Of a stretch of 64,000 nt of DNA, positions 9,865 through 19,430 are shown one piece after another. Both the position numbers and the translations under genes were made by a program. The DNA lies in the NCBI GenBank assembly GCA_900617105.1, contig UYFQ01000001.1:992001-1056000 (forward strand), read 5' to 3'. Every line of letters starts with the position of its first letter. The stretch's first letter is position 1. The stretch comes from Hydrurus foetidus (taxonomy: Eukaryota). The notes beneath the pieces were generated by a model. The model saw only the letters and a list, made by a program, of their open reading frames with translations. It was not told the DNA's origin and ran no database searches.

Positions 9865-11631
9865 TTACTTGGCTGCCACGATCTTGTCGCCCACCAGCTT
9901 GAACACCCACACGCTGCCGCCTTGTTCCAGGAAGTTCACCTTGCTGGCCACATCGCCACCCCACAATGGCACCGCACCGCCCCAGCCGGAGACGACAGCG
10001 ATGTACTGCTGGCCGTTTTGCGACCAGGTCACAGGAGGTGCCACCACGCCGGAGCCAGTTTGGAATTCCCAGACGACTTTGCCGGTCTTGGCATCTGCGG
10101 CTTTCAGGTAGCCTTCAGGTGTGCCCCAGAAGACCAGATTGCCACCGGTGGTGAGCACGCCGCTCCACAACGGCGCGTTGTTCTTGACTTCCCAAACCAT
10201 CTTGCCGGTTTTGGGGTCCATTGCACGCAAAGAGCCGATGTAGTCGTCGTACACGGTTTTTATCGTGAAGCCCGCCCCCAGATAAGCCGCACCTTTTTTA
10301 TACGCCACAGGCTCATTGTGGATGTCCATGCCCCATTCATTGGAGGGCACGTAGAACAGCTTGGTGTCAGGGCTGTAGGCCATAGGCATTTGGTTCTTGC
10401 CACCCAGGAAGGCGGGTGCTGCAAACACGCTCTTGCCCGCTTTGCCATCGGCACTGGCCGTTGGGTCGCCAGGGCGGTTTTCGGGGATAAAGTTCGGGCG
10501 ACCGGTCTTCAAATCAATGCCGCTGGCCCAAGTGATTTTCTTGATGAATGGGAAGGCGTTCACCAGCGCGCCGGTGTTGGCGTCGTTCACGTAAAAGAAG
10601 CCATTGCGGTCGGCTTTGCCGCCCATGCGCTTGCCGTCCATGTCAAACGTGATGAACTCGTTCGCACCGTCAAAGTCCCAAGCGTCGTTGGGCGTGTTTT
10701 GGTAGTGCCACTTGATCTGGCCGGTCTTCACGTCGATGGCCACTGTGGCGCACGAAAACAGGTTATCGCCCTTGCGCATATGGCTGTTCCAGGGGGCAGG
10801 GTTGCCCGCGCCGAAGTAGGCCAAACCGGTGGTCTTGTCGTAGGTGCCACCCATCCAGGTGGATGCGCCGCCAGTCTTCCAGAGGTCGCCTGGCCAGCTT
10901 TTGTTGGTGGTGCCCGAGATGCCGTTCTCTTTTTTGTTGCCGTCTTTGTCGTAGGTGTAACCCATGTGGCCTTCGACGGTGGGGCGCGACCAGACCATCT
11001 TGCCGGTCTTGGGGTCACGCGCTTCTACGCGGCCTACCACGCCGAATTCACCGCCGGAAACACCCGTTAACAGCAGGCCGTTGGCGACGATGGGGGCCGC
11101 GGTGGCGGAATAGCCTGCGGCGTAGTCGTCAATCTTTTCTTTCCAAACCACATCGCCGGTGTCTTGGCTCAAGGCGACGAGTTGGGCGTCCAACGTGGCG
11201 AAGATCACCAGGTTGTCAAACAGGGCAGCGCCCCGGTTCACCACGTCGCAGCAGGGCATGATGCCTTCGGGCAAGCGGTGCTCGTATTTCCAGAGCTTTT
11301 TGCCGGTGGCTGCGTCCAGCGCAAAAATGCGCGAGTAAGAGCCGGTGACGAACATTTTTCCGTTGTGCAACACAGGCTGCGATTCTTGGCCGCGCTGTTT
11401 TTCACCGCCAAAAGAGAAACTCCACGCGGGCACCAAACCTTTGATGGTTTGTGCGTTCACCTGTTTGAGCGATGAGTAGCGTTGCCCCTGGGTGCCTAGG
11501 CCCCACGACAAAATCTCTTTGTTTTCAGTGGCATCGTTGTCGATCATGGCCTGTGTCACCACAGCTTGCGCCATGTTCATGCCAAGTCCGAGTGCGATCA
11601 ATGCGCTTAGGCGCTTTAGTTTCAGGTTCAT
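9865..11631 (-). CDS. PQQ-dependent alcohol dehydrogenase, PedH/ExaF-like (lanthanide-type motif)
   Basis: Signal peptide (AQA), vicinal PCCD disulfide, SGGEFG, tryptophan docking repeats, WDFDGANE with D-x-[14 protein letters not shown]. Confidence 0.9.
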   Translation of the reverse strand: MNLKLKRLSALIALGLGMNMAQAVVTQAMIDNDATENKEILSWGLGTQGQRYSSLKQVNAQTIKGLVPAWSFSFGGEKQRGQESQPVLHNGKMFVTGSYSRIFALDAATGKKLWKYEHRLPEGIMPCCDVVNRGAALFDNLVIFATLDAQLVALSQDTGDVVWKEKIDDYAAGYSATAAPIVANGLLLTGVSGGEFGVVGRVEARDPKTGKMVWSRPTVEGHMGYTYDKDGNKKENGISGTTNKSWPGDLWKTGGASTWMGGTYDKTTGLAYFGAGNPAPWNSHMRKGDNLFSCATVAIDVKTGQIKWHYQNTPNDAWDFDGANEFITFDMDGKRMGGKADRNGFFYVNDANTGALVNAFPFIKKITWASGIDLKTGRPNFIPENRPGDPTASADGKAGKSVFAAPAFLGGKNQMPMAYSPDTKLFYVPSNEWGMDIHNEPVAYKKGAAYLGAGFTIKTVYDDYIGSLRAMDPKTGKMVWEVKNNAPLWSGVLTTGGNLVFWGTPEGYLKAADAKTGKVVWEFQTGSGVVAPPVTWSQNGQQYIAVVSGWGGAVPLWGGDVASKVNFLEQGGSVWVFKLVGDKIVAAK

Positions 11632-11689
11632 CGGGGGTCTCCTAGTTTTTCACGAGCGTGTTGAAACACCATGTTTCAACAGGTCGATA

Positions 11690-11706
11690 TGCAATACCCG
11701 TACCAA
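11690..11706 (-). promoter_or_regulatory. sigma54 (-24/-12) promoter of the PQQ dehydrogenase
   Basis: Minus strand reads TTGGTACGGGTATTGCA: GG-N10-GC, close to the consensus TGGCACG-N4-TTGCW, about 60 bp upstream of the ATG. Confidence 0.8.
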
Positions 11707-11873
11707 GTTATGGCCTGTCCTGTGCAGGGAGGAAAACTTGCCCACGCTTGGTAATTACCCTTGTGGGTGTCCCAAAATGAACCGTTTGCGGTGAAGAAAC
11801 CGTTACACCGAGATGTGTTGTTTGGGTCTTTTTTGTATTGCAATGAACCCGTTCGGAGCTATCAAAACTGGCT

Positions 11874-12809
11874 TTAGCCTCCCTCGTTCAGAATTTCTGA
11901 ATCCCCCACCGCTGCCTCGTTCTCTGCTTGCGCCAACACCAACGCCACCATCGCTTGTGCCGCCACCGACAGGGCTTCGCCTTTGCGCTGGGCCAGTACG
12001 ACAGGGCGGTGCAGGGTTTTGTCTTCTACCGGGCAGGTATGCAGGCCCGCACGCTCAAAGTGAAACAGCGTCAGCTCTGGCACGATGCTGATGCCCAAGC
12101 CTTGGGCGATTAACGCGGCCAGGGTGGCCAGATGCTCTACTTCCAGCGTGGATGTGGGTAAATCGTCCACTGCGGCTACGGGTATCAGGTGTTGGCGTAC
12201 GCTGCTGCTGCGGGTCATGTTGATCATTTTTTGACCGGTTAACTGCTTCAGGCTGACACCCGTTTGTGTGCCCAGTGGATGGTCTTTACGGCACACCAGC
12301 CAATAGCGCTCATCGCACAGTACGCGCGTGTCAAATTCGCGCAAATCACCCCCGGCGGTGATCGCAAAATCAACCTTTCCTTCACGCAGCAGCGCCAGCC
12401 CTGTGGTGGCCAGGGTGTCAAACAGCTGGATGTCAATTTGTGGAAATTGGTGGCTGTATTGTGCAATCGCGGGAGGCATCCACACGGCAGCGACCGATGG
12501 CAGGGCTGCTACGGCGACGCGGCCTACCCGGCGTGCAGCCAAGTCCTGCAAATTGCTTAAAGCTGTGCGCAGGTCTTGTTCAATGCGCCCTACGTCGTCG
12601 GCAAACACCTGCCCTTCAGGGGTCAGTGTGACGTGGCGGGTGGAGCGTTCAAACAGCTTGAGCCCGGCAGTGTCTTCAATGCGCTGAATGCGCTGACTGA
12701 ACGCGCTTTGCGACAGGTGGCAGCGCTCAGCCGCGCGCGTGAAGTGTCGAGCCTGTGCCAAGGCCATGAATGCTTCAATGTCACGCACAGAAAAATTGAT
12801 TGATTTCAT
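11874..12809 (-). CDS. LysR-family transcriptional regulator
   Basis: HFTRAAERCHLSQSAFSQRIQRIE...LFERSTR HTH; divergent from the AtuA-like operon. Confidence 0.93.
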   Translation of the reverse strand: MKSINFSVRDIEAFMALAQARHFTRAAERCHLSQSAFSQRIQRIEDTAGLKLFERSTRHVTLTPEGQVFADDVGRIEQDLRTALSNLQDLAARRVGRVAVAALPSVAAVWMPPAIAQYSHQFPQIDIQLFDTLATTGLALLREGKVDFAITAGGDLREFDTRVLCDERYWLVCRKDHPLGTQTGVSLKQLTGQKMINMTRSSSVRQHLIPVAAVDDLPTSTLEVEHLATLAALIAQGLGISIVPELTLFHFERAGLHTCPVEDKTLHRPVVLAQRKGEALSVAAQAMVALVLAQAENEAAVGDSEILNEGG

Positions 12810-12817
12810 GGATGAAT
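12799..12817. promoter_or_regulatory. Putative LysR box (dyad) over the lysR start
   Basis: ATTGAT-N7-ATGAAT imperfect dyad in the divergent promoter region. Confidence 0.4.
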
Positions 12818-12889
12818 CATGCTGTTTTTTCCATTTTACGGATTATGTTATTCACTGAACAATGCGTCTATTCGTTTTAAGGAACCCTT

Positions 12890-14299
12890 TTGTCGAACCC
12901 TCCCATTGCCGAACCCCTGCGGTCTGCATCCCCGCTGCGTATCGGCTGCGCCGCCGGTTTCTCTGGCGACCGTGTGGACGCTGCCAGCGCCGTGGTGGAC
13001 ACCCTCATCGCCCAGGGTGGCCCGTCTTTCCTGATTTTTGAAACACTGGCTGAGCGCACGCTGGCCTTGGCACAGCTGCGCCGCCGTGCTGACCCGCAGG
13101 CGGGCTACGAGCCGCTGCTGGACGCGCTGCTGCGCCCGGTGCTGGCCCGTTGTTTGGCGCACGGTATCCGCATCGTCAGCAATTTTGGCGCGGCTAATCC
13201 GCACGCGGCGGCGCAGCATATTGCCCGCATGGCGGTGGAGTTGGGTTTGCCCCCGCCGCGCATCGCCGTGGTTTGGGGCGACGATGTGTCTGGCCCTGAG
13301 TTTCGCCCCGCTTTGCGTGAGCAGCTGGGTGCGGTGTTCGATGGCTTGCAAGTCGTCAGCGCGAATGCCTACATCGGTGCCGAGCCAATTGCCGATGCGC
13401 TGGACGCTTGGGCGCAGATCGTGGTTTGTGGCCGCGTTGCTGACCCGTCATTGACTGTTGGCCCGGCCTTGCATCACTTTGGCTGGGCCCGCGATGACTG
13501 GGACAAACTCGGGCGTGCCACGATGGCCGGGCATTTGCTCGAATGCGGGGCCCAAGTCTGCGGTGGCTATTTTGCCGACCCAGGCTTCAAAGACGTGCCG
13601 GACTTGGCCGAGGTGGGCTACCCCATTGCCACGCTGGCCGCAGACGGGCAGTGCAGCATCACCAAGGCTGAGGGTACGGGCGGGCTGGTCAGCATAGCCA
13701 CCGTCAAAGAGCAGCTGCTGTACGAGGTGCATGACCCGTGCGCTTACCTCACGCCCGATGTGGTGGCCGATATTTCGCAGGCGACGGTTGTGCAAACTGG
13801 CCCTGATGTGGTCGCGCTGAACGGTGTGCGGGGCCATGCGCAACCCACGTCGCTCAAGGTGAATGTTTGTTACGCGGGGGGCTGGCTGGCCGAGGGCGAA
13901 ATTTCTTATGCCGGGCCGCGTGCCGAGGGGCGGGCCCGCATGGCGGTTGGCGTATTGCGCCAGCGCTTGGCGCATTTGGCGCTGCGGGTGGATTTGATTG
14001 GCGTGCTCAGTGTGCTGGCGGATGACGGCGGGCGGTTGCTCGCTGAAAGTCCGGCCCAAAACACGCTCGAAACGACGTCCAAAATGGAGTCCAAAGATGT
14101 GCGCCTGCGGGTCGCCGCGTCCCATGCCGACAAAGCACAGGCCGAGCGCCTGTGCCGCGAAGTCACCGCGCTCTACACCTGTGGGCCTGCGGGCGGCGGC
14201 GGGGTGCGCACCGCGCTGACGCCGCGTTTGAACACACTTTCATGTCTGTTGCCGCGTGCTGGGGTGAAAACCGGCTTCACGATGTTGGAGGCGCTATGA
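12890..14299 (+). CDS. Acyclic terpene utilization AtuA-family protein (DUF1446)
   Basis: LRIGCAAGFSGDR, ETLAERT, GHLLECG, EQLLYEVHDP...YLTPDV, GPAGGGG. Confidence 0.88.
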   Translation: MSNPPIAEPLRSASPLRIGCAAGFSGDRVDAASAVVDTLIAQGGPSFLIFETLAERTLALAQLRRRADPQAGYEPLLDALLRPVLARCLAHGIRIVSNFGAANPHAAAQHIARMAVELGLPPPRIAVVWGDDVSGPEFRPALREQLGAVFDGLQVVSANAYIGAEPIADALDAWAQIVVCGRVADPSLTVGPALHHFGWARDDWDKLGRATMAGHLLECGAQVCGGYFADPGFKDVPDLAEVGYPIATLAADGQCSITKAEGTGGLVSIATVKEQLLYEVHDPCAYLTPDVVADISQATVVQTGPDVVALNGVRGHAQPTSLKVNVCYAGGWLAEGEISYAGPRAEGRARMAVGVLRQRLAHLALRVDLIGVLSVLADDGGRLLAESPAQNTLETTSKMESKDVRLRVAASHADKAQAERLCREVTALYTCGPAGGGGVRTALTPRLNTLSCLLPRAGVKTGFTMLEAL

Positions 14300-14685
14300 A
14301 CACAACCACACTTCAAAACACCTCTCAAAACAGTCACCAAACCGTACCGCTCTACCGTGCGGCCCACAGCCGCACGGGTGACAAAGGCAACCGCAGCAAT
14401 ATCAGCGTGATCGCCTACCACCCTGAGTTGTTCGAATTGCTGGTTGCCCAAGTCACCGAGACTGCGGTGGCTGCACATTTCGCGCATCGACAACCAGAAA
14501 GCGTTTTTAGGTATGTTCTACCTGCATTAGGTGCTATGAATTTTGTACTCGATGCGGTGCTTGACGGTGGCGTGAACGATGCATTGAACCTGGACAGCCA
14601 CGGCAAAGCCTTGTCGTACTGGTTGCTGGATTTGCCGCTGACAATACCCCCTGAGCTGCTGCCGCTGTTGCAGCCAGAAATTTAA
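14296..14685 (+). CDS. Small AtuA C-terminal-like (ferredoxin-fold) partner protein
   Basis: AHSRTGDKGN...LDSHGK motifs; ATGA overlap with the upstream gene. Confidence 0.8.
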   Translation: MNTTTLQNTSQNSHQTVPLYRAAHSRTGDKGNRSNISVIAYHPELFELLVAQVTETAVAAHFAHRQPESVFRYVLPALGAMNFVLDAVLDGGVNDALNLDSHGKALSYWLLDLPLTIPPELLPLLQPEI

Positions 14686-14704
14686 ACTTCAGAAAGAGAC
14701 CCCT

Positions 14705-15679
14705 ATGCGCCGCACTTTTTTCCGTCCCTTGTTGATTACAGCCCTGTCTGCCGCTGCCTTGTTCAGCTTACCCAGCCACGCTGACACGTTTCCCGATAAA
14801 ACCATCACCTTCATCGTCCCCTTCGCCGCAGGCAGCGCCACCGACCAGCTGGCCCGCTCGCTGGCTCAGGCCATTACCCTGGACACTAAAATCAATGTGG
14901 TGGTGGACAACAAACCCGGTGCCAACGCCTTCATCGGCGCACAAGCCGCCGCCAAGGCCAAGCCAGACGGCTACACCGTACTGATCGCCACCAACACCAC
15001 CCACGCCGCTAACGAGCACTTGTACAAAAAGCTGCCTTACGATCCGGTGAAAGATTTTGAGCCGCTCACGCTGTTGGGCCGGGGAGGACAGATTATGGTG
15101 GTCAACCCCAGCTTGGGCGTGAACAGCGTGGCTGAATTCGTCAAACTCGCTAAATCCAAGCCCGGCAAACTGACGTTCGGCTCAGGCAGCTCGTCCAGCC
15201 GCATTGCCGGAGAGCTGTTCAAGCAAATGGCCGGGGCGTACATCGTCGCCATCCCGTACCGCTCCAACCCTCCTGCTGTCACCGATTTGATTGGCGGGCA
15301 AATCGACATGATGATTACCGACATGGCGACGGGCATGCCACAGGTCAAAGCGGGCAAGCTCAAGGCTTTAGGTGTTTCCACCTCGCAACGCAGCCCGTTG
15401 GCCCCCGAAGTCCCCACCATCAGCGAAGCCGGGGTGAAAGGCTACGAGATGACCTACTGGTTCGCCGCCTACGCCCCCGCAGGCACACCAGCGCCTATCG
15501 TCACGCGCCTGAACGAGCTGTTGGTGAACGCCGCCAAGAGCAATGCGGCTGCCGGTTTCTACCAAAGCACCGGCACCCAAATCACCACAACCACGCCAGA
15601 GGGCTTGCGCAAAGTGCAGGCGGATGAATCAGTGAAGTGGGGGCGCATCATTACTTCGGCGGGGATCGTGGCGGAGTGA
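14705..15679 (+). CDS. Bug/TctC tripartite tricarboxylate transporter substrate-binding protein
   Basis: Signal peptide, VPFAAGSATD, VDNKPGA, PDGYT, PEVPT. Confidence 0.92.
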   Translation: MRRTFFRPLLITALSAAALFSLPSHADTFPDKTITFIVPFAAGSATDQLARSLAQAITLDTKINVVVDNKPGANAFIGAQAAAKAKPDGYTVLIATNTTHAANEHLYKKLPYDPVKDFEPLTLLGRGGQIMVVNPSLGVNSVAEFVKLAKSKPGKLTFGSGSSSSRIAGELFKQMAGAYIVAIPYRSNPPAVTDLIGGQIDMMITDMATGMPQVKAGKLKALGVSTSQRSPLAPEVPTISEAGVKGYEMTYWFAAYAPAGTPAPIVTRLNELLVNAAKSNAAAGFYQSTGTQITTTTPEGLRKVQADESVKWGRIITSAGIVAE

Positions 15680-16590
15680 TGGATTCAGGTTTGATCAATG
15701 TAGCCAACGGTATCGAAGGCGATAACAACCCTGTTCTACAGCCCTGTTGCACCGCCTTGTTGCGCAGCGCCATCCGCTTGCAAACCCCTTGTGGCGAAGG
15801 TTTGCTGGTCTGGCATGTGTGGGGGCGTGGTACGGCCTCTTCATCGCGCCCCGTGGTGCTGCTGCACGGCGGCAGCGGCAGCTGGACGCACTGGGTTCGC
15901 AACATCCAAAGTTTGGTGGACGCGGGGCGTGAAGTCTGGACACCTGATTTGCCCGGCTTTGGTGATTCAGCATTGCCGGCCACCGGCCATGATGCCGATG
16001 TTTTGGCCGCACCACTGGAAGCCGGTCTGCAACAGCTCATGGGGGCGCGGGTGGTGGACATGGTGGGTTTTTCGTTTGGCGGCATGGTCGCAGGCTACTG
16101 GGCTGCGGATTTTCCGGCGCGGGTGGCGCGTTTGGTGCTTGTGGGCGCACCGGCTCTGGGGGTGGTAGCGCAACGCACCGTTAACCTCAAAGGCTGGCGG
16201 CATTTCCCCGATGAGGCGCGGCGCGATGAGGTTCACCGGCACAACCTCCGCGTATTGATGCTGCATAACCCTCTGCTGATTGATGCACAGGTGATGGCGC
16301 TGCACAAAGCCAATGTGCTGCGAGACCGCATGCCGGGCCGCCGTTTGTCGGCGACGGATGTGCTTGCGCAATCTTTACAGCGTGTGATGTGCCCTGTGTT
16401 TGCGGTGTATGGCCGTGAGGACGCGCTGTATGCCGGGCGGCTTGCTGCGCTAGAGGCCGTATTCAACGCTGCGCCCACATTTGAATATTTGCAGTGGGTA
16501 GAGGACGCTGGGCACTGGGTGCAGTACGAGCGGGCCGATGCGTTCAATGCCCTTTTGCTTGGCATACTGGAACCTACTGATAAGGCTTGA
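15679..16590 (+). CDS. Alpha/beta fold hydrolase
   Basis: LLHGGSGSW, DLPGFGDS, nucleophile elbow GFSFG, AGHWVQYE; TGATG coupling to the bug gene. Confidence 0.88.
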   Translation: MDSGLINVANGIEGDNNPVLQPCCTALLRSAIRLQTPCGEGLLVWHVWGRGTASSSRPVVLLHGGSGSWTHWVRNIQSLVDAGREVWTPDLPGFGDSALPATGHDADVLAAPLEAGLQQLMGARVVDMVGFSFGGMVAGYWAADFPARVARLVLVGAPALGVVAQRTVNLKGWRHFPDEARRDEVHRHNLRVLMLHNPLLIDAQVMALHKANVLRDRMPGRRLSATDVLAQSLQRVMCPVFAVYGREDALYAGRLAALEAVFNAAPTFEYLQWVEDAGHWVQYERADAFNALLLGILEPTDKA

Positions 16591-16637
16591 AAGTGGATGT
16601 TGAAAAGTAAAGGCGTAAAAATGAAAGTTCACACAAC

Positions 16638-17129
16638 ATGATGTCTGCCCCTCAACTCATTTTGCGTGACCCCCAACCCGGTGACATGGGCTGGGTGGTG
16701 CAGCAACACGGTGCGTTGTATGCCAAAGAATACGGCTGGAACAACGAATTTGAGGCACTGGTCGCCACCATCGTCGCGCAGTATGTGCGCAAACACCAGC
16801 CTGAATGGGAGCGCTGCTGGATCGCTGAAAACCAGGGGCGCAATGTGGGTGCGGTGTTTGTGGTGCGTAAATCGGTGACGGTCGCGAAATTGCGGATGCT
16901 GATCTTGTCGCCCGAAGCGCGTGGCATGGGCTTGGGTGGGCGACTCACCGACGAGTGCATCGCCTTTGCCCGCCAAAAGGGCTATCGAAAAATGGAGCTG
17001 TGGACAAACAGTTGTCTGGATGCTGCCCGCGCCATCTACGCCAAGCGTGGCTTTAAGCTGGTTAAAAGCGAGCCCTACCAAGGCTTTGGACAAGCCTTGG
17101 TAGGGGAGACCTGGGTGCTGAAGCTGTAA
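16638..17129 (+). CDS. GNAT-family N-acetyltransferase
   Basis: ARGMGLG acetyl-CoA motif, LWTNSCLDAARAIYAKRGF. Confidence 0.88.
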   Translation: MMSAPQLILRDPQPGDMGWVVQQHGALYAKEYGWNNEFEALVATIVAQYVRKHQPEWERCWIAENQGRNVGAVFVVRKSVTVAKLRMLILSPEARGMGLGGRLTDECIAFARQKGYRKMELWTNSCLDAARAIYAKRGFKLVKSEPYQGFGQALVGETWVLKL

Positions 17130-17202
17130 TTTGAACGTGTAACTTGAAACGCCCGCCCATATACCCACCTGTTCAGCTGTTCACCACCTTCCATTGCACC
17201 CC

Positions 17203-17865
17203 ATGACTACTACCCTCAAAATTGATTTCGTCTCCGATGTTTCTTGTCCCTGGTGCGCCATTGGCTTGGGGGCTTTAGAGCAGGCGTTGACGCGCGTTGG
17301 CCCCATTGTGAAGGCCGATTTGCACTTTCAGCCTTTCGAGTTGAACCCTCACATGCCTGCGGGCGGCCAAGACATCACTGAGCATTTGACGCAAAAGTAC
17401 GGTTCCACGCCTGAGCAGCAAACCAGCATCCGCGAGACGATTCGCGAGCGCGGTGCCGAGGTGGGCTTCACTTTCCGCAAAGCAGGTCGTGACCGCATTT
17501 ACAACACGTTTGACGCACACCGCCTGCTGCATTGGGCAGACGTGGAGGGCGCGGCAGGCCAGCAGCATGCACTCAAAAAAGCGCTGTTGGCCGCGTACTT
17601 CACCGACGGGGGCAGCCCTGAATCCCACGAACTGCTGGTGCGCGTGGCGGGCGACGTGGGCTTGGATGTTGACCGTGCCAAAGCGGTGTTGGACGGTGAT
17701 GAATTCGCCGCAGCAGTGCGCGAAAGCGCTCAGTTTTACCTGCGCGCGGGTATCAGCTCGGTGCCTGCTGTCATCATCAACAACAAGCACCTGATCTCAG
17801 GCGGACAGCCGGTGGAGGTGTTCGAGCAGGCTTTGCGCCAGATCGCTGCAACCGCTGAGGGCTGA
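17203..17865 (+). CDS. DsbA/FrnE-family oxidoreductase
   Basis: SDVSCPWC, PFELNP, NTFDAHRL, GISSVP, SGGQP. Confidence 0.9.
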   Translation: MTTTLKIDFVSDVSCPWCAIGLGALEQALTRVGPIVKADLHFQPFELNPHMPAGGQDITEHLTQKYGSTPEQQTSIRETIRERGAEVGFTFRKAGRDRIYNTFDAHRLLHWADVEGAAGQQHALKKALLAAYFTDGGSPESHELLVRVAGDVGLDVDRAKAVLDGDEFAAAVRESAQFYLRAGISSVPAVIINNKHLISGGQPVEVFEQALRQIAATAEG

Positions 17866-17991
17866 TCGCCGTTGACATTGGTGTGAACCCATTGCGACTG
17901 GCCATGAGCGATGAACCATACGTAATCGAGTTGTCCTACGCCTTGAAGCAAGCGCAGAATGGTGTCTCTTCAAATTCAATCTGAAAATGCC

Positions 17992-18159
17992 ATGAATGCA
18001 GCGCCTATCCTCCCCGCAGGCACCACTGAAAAAGCGGCTGATTTATCAGCACAGTTGAAAAATGCACAGGCGCTGTTTCAAAAATTCGTGCCTCCTACGG
18101 CGCCATCAATCGTTGAAGAGTTGATCGCTGAACGCCGCAGGGCATCAGAGACGGAGTAA
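17992..18159 (+). CDS. Small protein resembling the C-terminal half of AbrB/MazE-type antitoxins (possible remnant)
   Basis: AQALFQKFVP...SIVEELIAERRRA resembles antitoxin tails as I recall them; no DNA-binding N-terminus or toxin nearby. Confidence 0.4.
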   Translation: MNAAPILPAGTTEKAADLSAQLKNAQALFQKFVPPTAPSIVEELIAERRRASETE

Positions 18160-18204
18160 GCTATAAAACCGTCTGTTTGTGCAATACAGACAGCCTTACC
18201 TAGC

Positions 18205-18618
18205 TCACTTTTCAATAGCAATCAGTTCTACTTCAAACGTCAGCGTGGCGTTCGGGGGAACCACACCGCCAGCGCCTTGGCTGCCGTAGGCTGTGGCGGG
18301 TGGGCAGGTCAGGGTGGCTTTGCCGCCGACTTTGATTTTTTGCATACCTTCTGTCCAGCAAGGCACCACGCGGTTCAGTGGGAAGGTAGCAGGTGCGCCG
18401 CGTTTGTAAGAGCTGTCGAATTCCTTGCCGTCTGCCAGTGTTCCTTTGTAATGCACTTTCACGGTTTCGGTGGCCTTGGGGTTGGCGCCGGTGCCAACGA
18501 GGGTGTGGACGATTTTCACGCCGGAAGGCAGGGTTTCGGTGTTGCTGTCAGCGGCTGTGGCACAAGCGGCTACAGAGGCGAGTGTGACGATGGCGAAGAG
18601 GGTGTGCAGAGATTTCAT
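18205..18618 (-). CDS. FKBP-type peptidyl-prolyl isomerase
   Basis: VHYKGTLADGKEFDSSY, AYG, VPPNATLTFEVEL; N-terminal signal. Confidence 0.95.
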   Translation of the reverse strand: MKSLHTLFAIVTLASVAACATAADSNTETLPSGVKIVHTLVGTGANPKATETVKVHYKGTLADGKEFDSSYKRGAPATFPLNRVVPCWTEGMQKIKVGGKATLTCPPATAYGSQGAGGVVPPNATLTFEVELIAIEK

Positions 18619-18801
18619 GCGTATAAAAAGGTGTTGGCAAAGCGTTAAAAAATTTAAAAGGCTATTTGGGGTGAGGGCAAGTTTATCGCCTTAGCGCCGG
18701 GCGTTTCAAAGCGCAGGCGGTTACATGGAGCCCAGTGTTGCTGTGCCGAGGCTTCATGTGATTTTTGCCATGGTGCATTTTCCCCTCGCGTTGAAATCAA
18801 C

Positions 18802-19002
18802 CATCTGCGTGGCCACGATCACCGGCAGGCCACGCTGACGGCAGGCGCGCACGATGCGCTTCTGGATGGCGGGCACCTGCTCGGTCGGCATCTCCACCCC
18901 CAGGTCACCGCGCGCGACCATCACCGCATCGGTTTCGGCCAGGATGGATTCCAGGCTGGCGATGGCGGCCGGTTTCTCCAGCTTGGCGATGATGCCTGCA
19001 CG
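18802..19002 (-). pseudogene. Pyruvate kinase internal fragment (TtuE-like)
   Basis: IIAKLEKP...DAVMVARGDLGVE...PVIVATQM is the pyruvate kinase signature, but only about 67 codons remain; both ends are missing. Confidence 0.88.
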
Positions 19003-19423
19003 GCCCGGCACATCAGAGATCAGCAGGGTCCACACCCGCGCCGGGGGCCACTAGCAGTGACGAGCCGCCGCCGGAGATGAGGGCGATCACCAGATCATCT
19101 ACCGTCAGGCCGCTCACCATTTCGCGGATGCGCGAGGTGGCTTGCTTGCCCGCCGCATCCGGCACCGGGTGGGCGGCTTCGGCGATCTCAATACGTTCAC
19201 ACGGCACGGCATAGCCGTAGCGGGTGATGACCAGGCCTTCGAGCGGGCCGGGCCAATGGTCCTCCAACGATCGGGCCATGGCGGCAGAGGCCTTGCCCGC
19301 GCCGATGACGATGGTGCGACCCTTCTGGCGTGGTGGCAGGTGCGGGGGCAGGCACAGCGCGGGTTGTGCTGCAGCGATGGCTGCCTCGAACAGACTGCGC
19401 AACAGAGTCCGTGGGGTCGCCAT
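19003..19423 (-). pseudogene. Glycerate 2-kinase / hydroxypyruvate reductase (TtuD, MOFRL family), truncated
   Basis: [29 protein letters not shown] in ORF ending 19013, then TLLISDVPG in another frame; the rest of the roughly 420-aa protein is absent. Confidence 0.88.
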
Positions 19424-19430
19424 GGAAGGT

